Shown: positions 54,256-56,142 of the stretch, piece by piece
Layout: every line of letters starts with the position of its first letter
How positions within the stretch are numbered: position 1 is the first letter of the stretch
Virus record (IMG/VR): IMGVR_UViG_3300017910_000401
Coordinates: 1-56,142 of that record
DNA length: 56,142 nt
DNA from: a virus
Lineage: Duplodnaviria; Caudoviricetes
Strand: one strand, 5' to 3'
Notes under the pieces: model-generated
The model's input: only the letters and a program-made list of their open reading frames with translations
What the model was told of the DNA's origin: nothing
Databases searched by the model: none
Made by a program: the position numbers and the translations under genes

Positions 54256-54587
54256 GCTCCGTATCTAGCTTGTTCTTTCCTCGCTGATACTTGTTCGGTT
54301 CGCCATTGTTCAAAACCAATCTCTAAAGCCTTCAATTGTACTTTTAAGGCACTTAAACCACTCTTAAAACGTGCAATTTTCAGTCTAGCTTCAAACAATT
54401 CTTCTTTGGATTCAGCATAAGTGTCTTGTGCAGATGAAGTTTTAATGCCTTCGCCTAATGCTTTTACCTTTAAGATGGCTTGTAGTTTCTTCACTTCGGC
54501 TTCAGATTTAAGAACATCATACTCAGTCTTTTCTATTAACACAGCAAGTTCTCTGATTTTGTGCATCCAATTCTCAACTTCAATCAT
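54252..54587 (-). CDS. Coiled-coil hypothetical protein
   Basis: 111 aa, helical; C-terminal FEQWRT. Confidence 0.6.
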   Translation of the reverse strand: MIEVENWMHKIRELAVLIEKTEYDVLKSEAEVKKLQAILKVKALGEGIKTSSAQDTYAESKEELFEARLKIARFKSGLSALKVQLKALEIGFEQWRTEQVSARKEQARYGA

Positions 54588-54748
54588 TAGCTTTTCTCCG
54601 TCATTGCATTTTCTTCGTTCTCTATATCACTAAGCCATTCATCAAAAGGTTGTCTAACCCATTCTGGCATATCATTCATAAGAACAACTAACTTTGGGTT
54701 ATCATTCCATTCAACAGCTATTTGACTAGCTACTATTCTTCTCTTCAT
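54587..54748 (-). CDS. Small hypothetical protein (53 aa; not in the ORF track)
   Basis: MKRRIVASQIAVEWNDNP...; start and stop both overlap the neighbouring genes. Confidence 0.55.
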   Translation of the reverse strand: MKRRIVASQIAVEWNDNPKLVVLMNDMPEWVRQPFDEWLSDIENEENAMTEKS

Positions 54749-54996
54749 GCTTCCCCCTTTTTTATATCATGCTTCACATTTTTTAATCTTTCAGATAAAT
54801 CATGTTCATTTGTTTTGATTTTTTTGTGACCAAACATTTCATTAAATACCTGTTGAGCCATACTTCTTGAGTACGGCTCTTCGTTATGACCCAACTTTTC
54901 TTTCGTGTTCATAAAAAACCATCTAGTAAAATTAGCTTCGTATGGTTCGCTGTCTTCAAATTCAAACTTCATCTGTGCCTCCAAAATATTATTCAC
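54745..54996 (-). CDS. Hypothetical protein
   Basis: 83-aa ORF; the internal ATG after GGAGG may be the true start. Confidence 0.55.
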   Translation of the reverse strand: MNNILEAQMKFEFEDSEPYEANFTRWFFMNTKEKLGHNEEPYSRSMAQQVFNEMFGHKKIKTNEHDLSERLKNVKHDIKKGEA

Positions 54997-55204
54997 TAGT
55001 TAAGAGATTTTTTGTCATTTCACTCAGTTCATACAAAACCATTTTATAACTATGCACAGGTATCTCTTGGTTATTGTCATTAGCTGACTCGAAATGATTA
55101 ATACAATACTCAATATGATTGTGTATTTTTTCTAAACCCTCTTTTAACTGACGTTTTTCTACGTCTCCCAATTTCTTGATAGACTTAGAACGGAATGTCG
55201 TCAT
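54989..55204 (-). CDS. Hypothetical protein
   Basis: 71-aa ORF in the leftward operon. Confidence 0.5.
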   Translation of the reverse strand: MTTFRSKSIKKLGDVEKRQLKEGLEKIHNHIEYCINHFESANDNNQEIPVHSYKMVLYELSEMTKNLLTSE

Positions 55205-55487
55205 CGCTAATCTCAGGTTTAGGTTGAGCCACAGGTGTAGCAGGTTCTACTTTTCGTTGTGGTTGTGGAATATCTAAACGAGCATACTTGTAGTCATTCC
55301 CATTTTTACTTCTTCTATCCCATAAAGCTACTCGCATTTCTGCTTCTTCGCCATTCTTAACCTTCTCTACTAAAGCTTTTAGTAGTTCCTTATCCAAAGC
55401 AACTTTACCTGTCCAATCAGGTTGTTTGTCGTTTTGTTTGTAATTATTAGTGTAGATTGCTCCGTCACTTTGCATACGTTCTTCCAT
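55185..55487 (-). CDS. Single-stranded DNA-binding protein-like (DUF736-type)
   Basis: KQPDWTG, RVALW, acidic C-terminal DDDIPF tail typical of SSBs. Confidence 0.7.
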   Translation of the reverse strand: MEERMQSDGAIYTNNYKQNDKQPDWTGKVALDKELLKALVEKVKNGEEAEMRVALWDRRSKNGNDYKYARLDIPQPQRKVEPATPVAQPKPEISDDDIPF

Positions 55488-56137
55488 TATTCATCCTCCT
55501 TTGGTGGTAGTTTATTAACGTGGTGTTGTATGTTCGCATCTAGTAAGTCTTTGTAGTCTGGAAATTTATCTTTGAGTATGCCAATAGATTCACTATTAGC
55601 TTTATATAAATCAACTACGTCTTGTCTAGTTTTAAAAGCTTCTATAACTTTTGTTGTACCTTCTACGAAAGTTTTCGCCCATCCTTCGTCATGTTCAACA
55701 CTTCTATCAATGATAGTTTCAGGCTCTAACTCTTCTACTTTTGGTTCTGGTTCTTTCTTGCCTTTCGGTTGTTTATCCTTTTCGGCATCAGGCAAAGTAT
55801 CATCCGACATACCTGCAAATACTGAAATGCCTAAACCAAACATAGCGACATTCTTAACTAAACATCGCATCGCATTATCAGATACTTGCCTAGCATGAGG
55901 ATTGACCACAGGATTATTCTTATAATCCATTACAGGTAATCGCATTTCCCTGACTAGGTTATCGATAGTTATTCTAGTAGCAACTTCGGTACTACCATCT
56001 GGTAGAGTTTTATAAGGTACTCCGTCAAACTCAATAAATTCATATTGTGCTTGTGGATATTGACTCATTAAAAGCATCCACATTCTGCTCCAAGATAAAT
56101 AAGTAAGTTTCATCTTCTCCTCTGTGTACTCTGACAC
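55487..56137 (-). CDS. Sak/Rad52-like single-strand annealing protein (DUF1071); may start beyond the window edge
   Basis: LTYLSWS, LPVMDYKN, MRCLVKNVAMFGLG. Confidence 0.8.
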   Translation of the reverse strand: MSEYTEEKMKLTYLSWSRMWMLLMSQYPQAQYEFIEFDGVPYKTLPDGSTEVATRITIDNLVREMRLPVMDYKNNPVVNPHARQVSDNAMRCLVKNVAMFGLGISVFAGMSDDTLPDAEKDKQPKGKKEPEPKVEELEPETIIDRSVEHDEGWAKTFVEGTTKVIEAFKTRQDVVDLYKANSESIGILKDKFPDYKDLLDANIQHHVNKLPPKEDE

Positions 56138-56142
56138 ATCCA

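Noticed and set aside
1-56142. Prophage with attachment sites or flanking host DNA
   Set aside because: No integrase or host housekeeping genes; phage-like genes run to both edges. The host-like curli/cyclase block is coupled to phage genes on both sides.

Overview
This 56 kb AT-rich window looks like most of a tailed dsDNA phage genome with podovirus-like architecture; a marine-type phage with a Gram-negative host is inferred. Layout: (i) 5'-truncated Toprim primase-helicase and an Arc-like regulator; (ii) a non-coding control region (2397-3092) with DnaA boxes, a parS-like palindrome and a candidate sRNA; (iii) a leftward 'early' operon (about 10410 to 3042) containing a MoxR-type AAA/VWA module and an ADP-ribosyltransferase-like gene; (iv) a rightward late region: terminase, portal, GroES, capsid, tail, a CsgF/CsgG/curlin/FecR/CHASE2-cyclase block, spanins, lysozyme, ejection proteins and a 2505-aa polyvalent protein; (v) leftward recombination genes. 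The standout observation is that each of the five large intergenic gaps in the early operon, plus its 5' leader, holds a sense-strand hammerhead ribozyme. There are six: three type I and three type III, several with unusual cores. They would cut the polycistronic mRNA into units, and adjacent same-type ribozymes share arms, so two excised mRNAs could self-ligate into circles. The first gene after each ribozyme has its Shine-Dalgarno GGAG in the loop of a covarying hairpin, and a candidate sRNA carries the complement of that RBS motif. All RNA structures were folded by eye and all protein calls come from motif recognition; no database searches were run.
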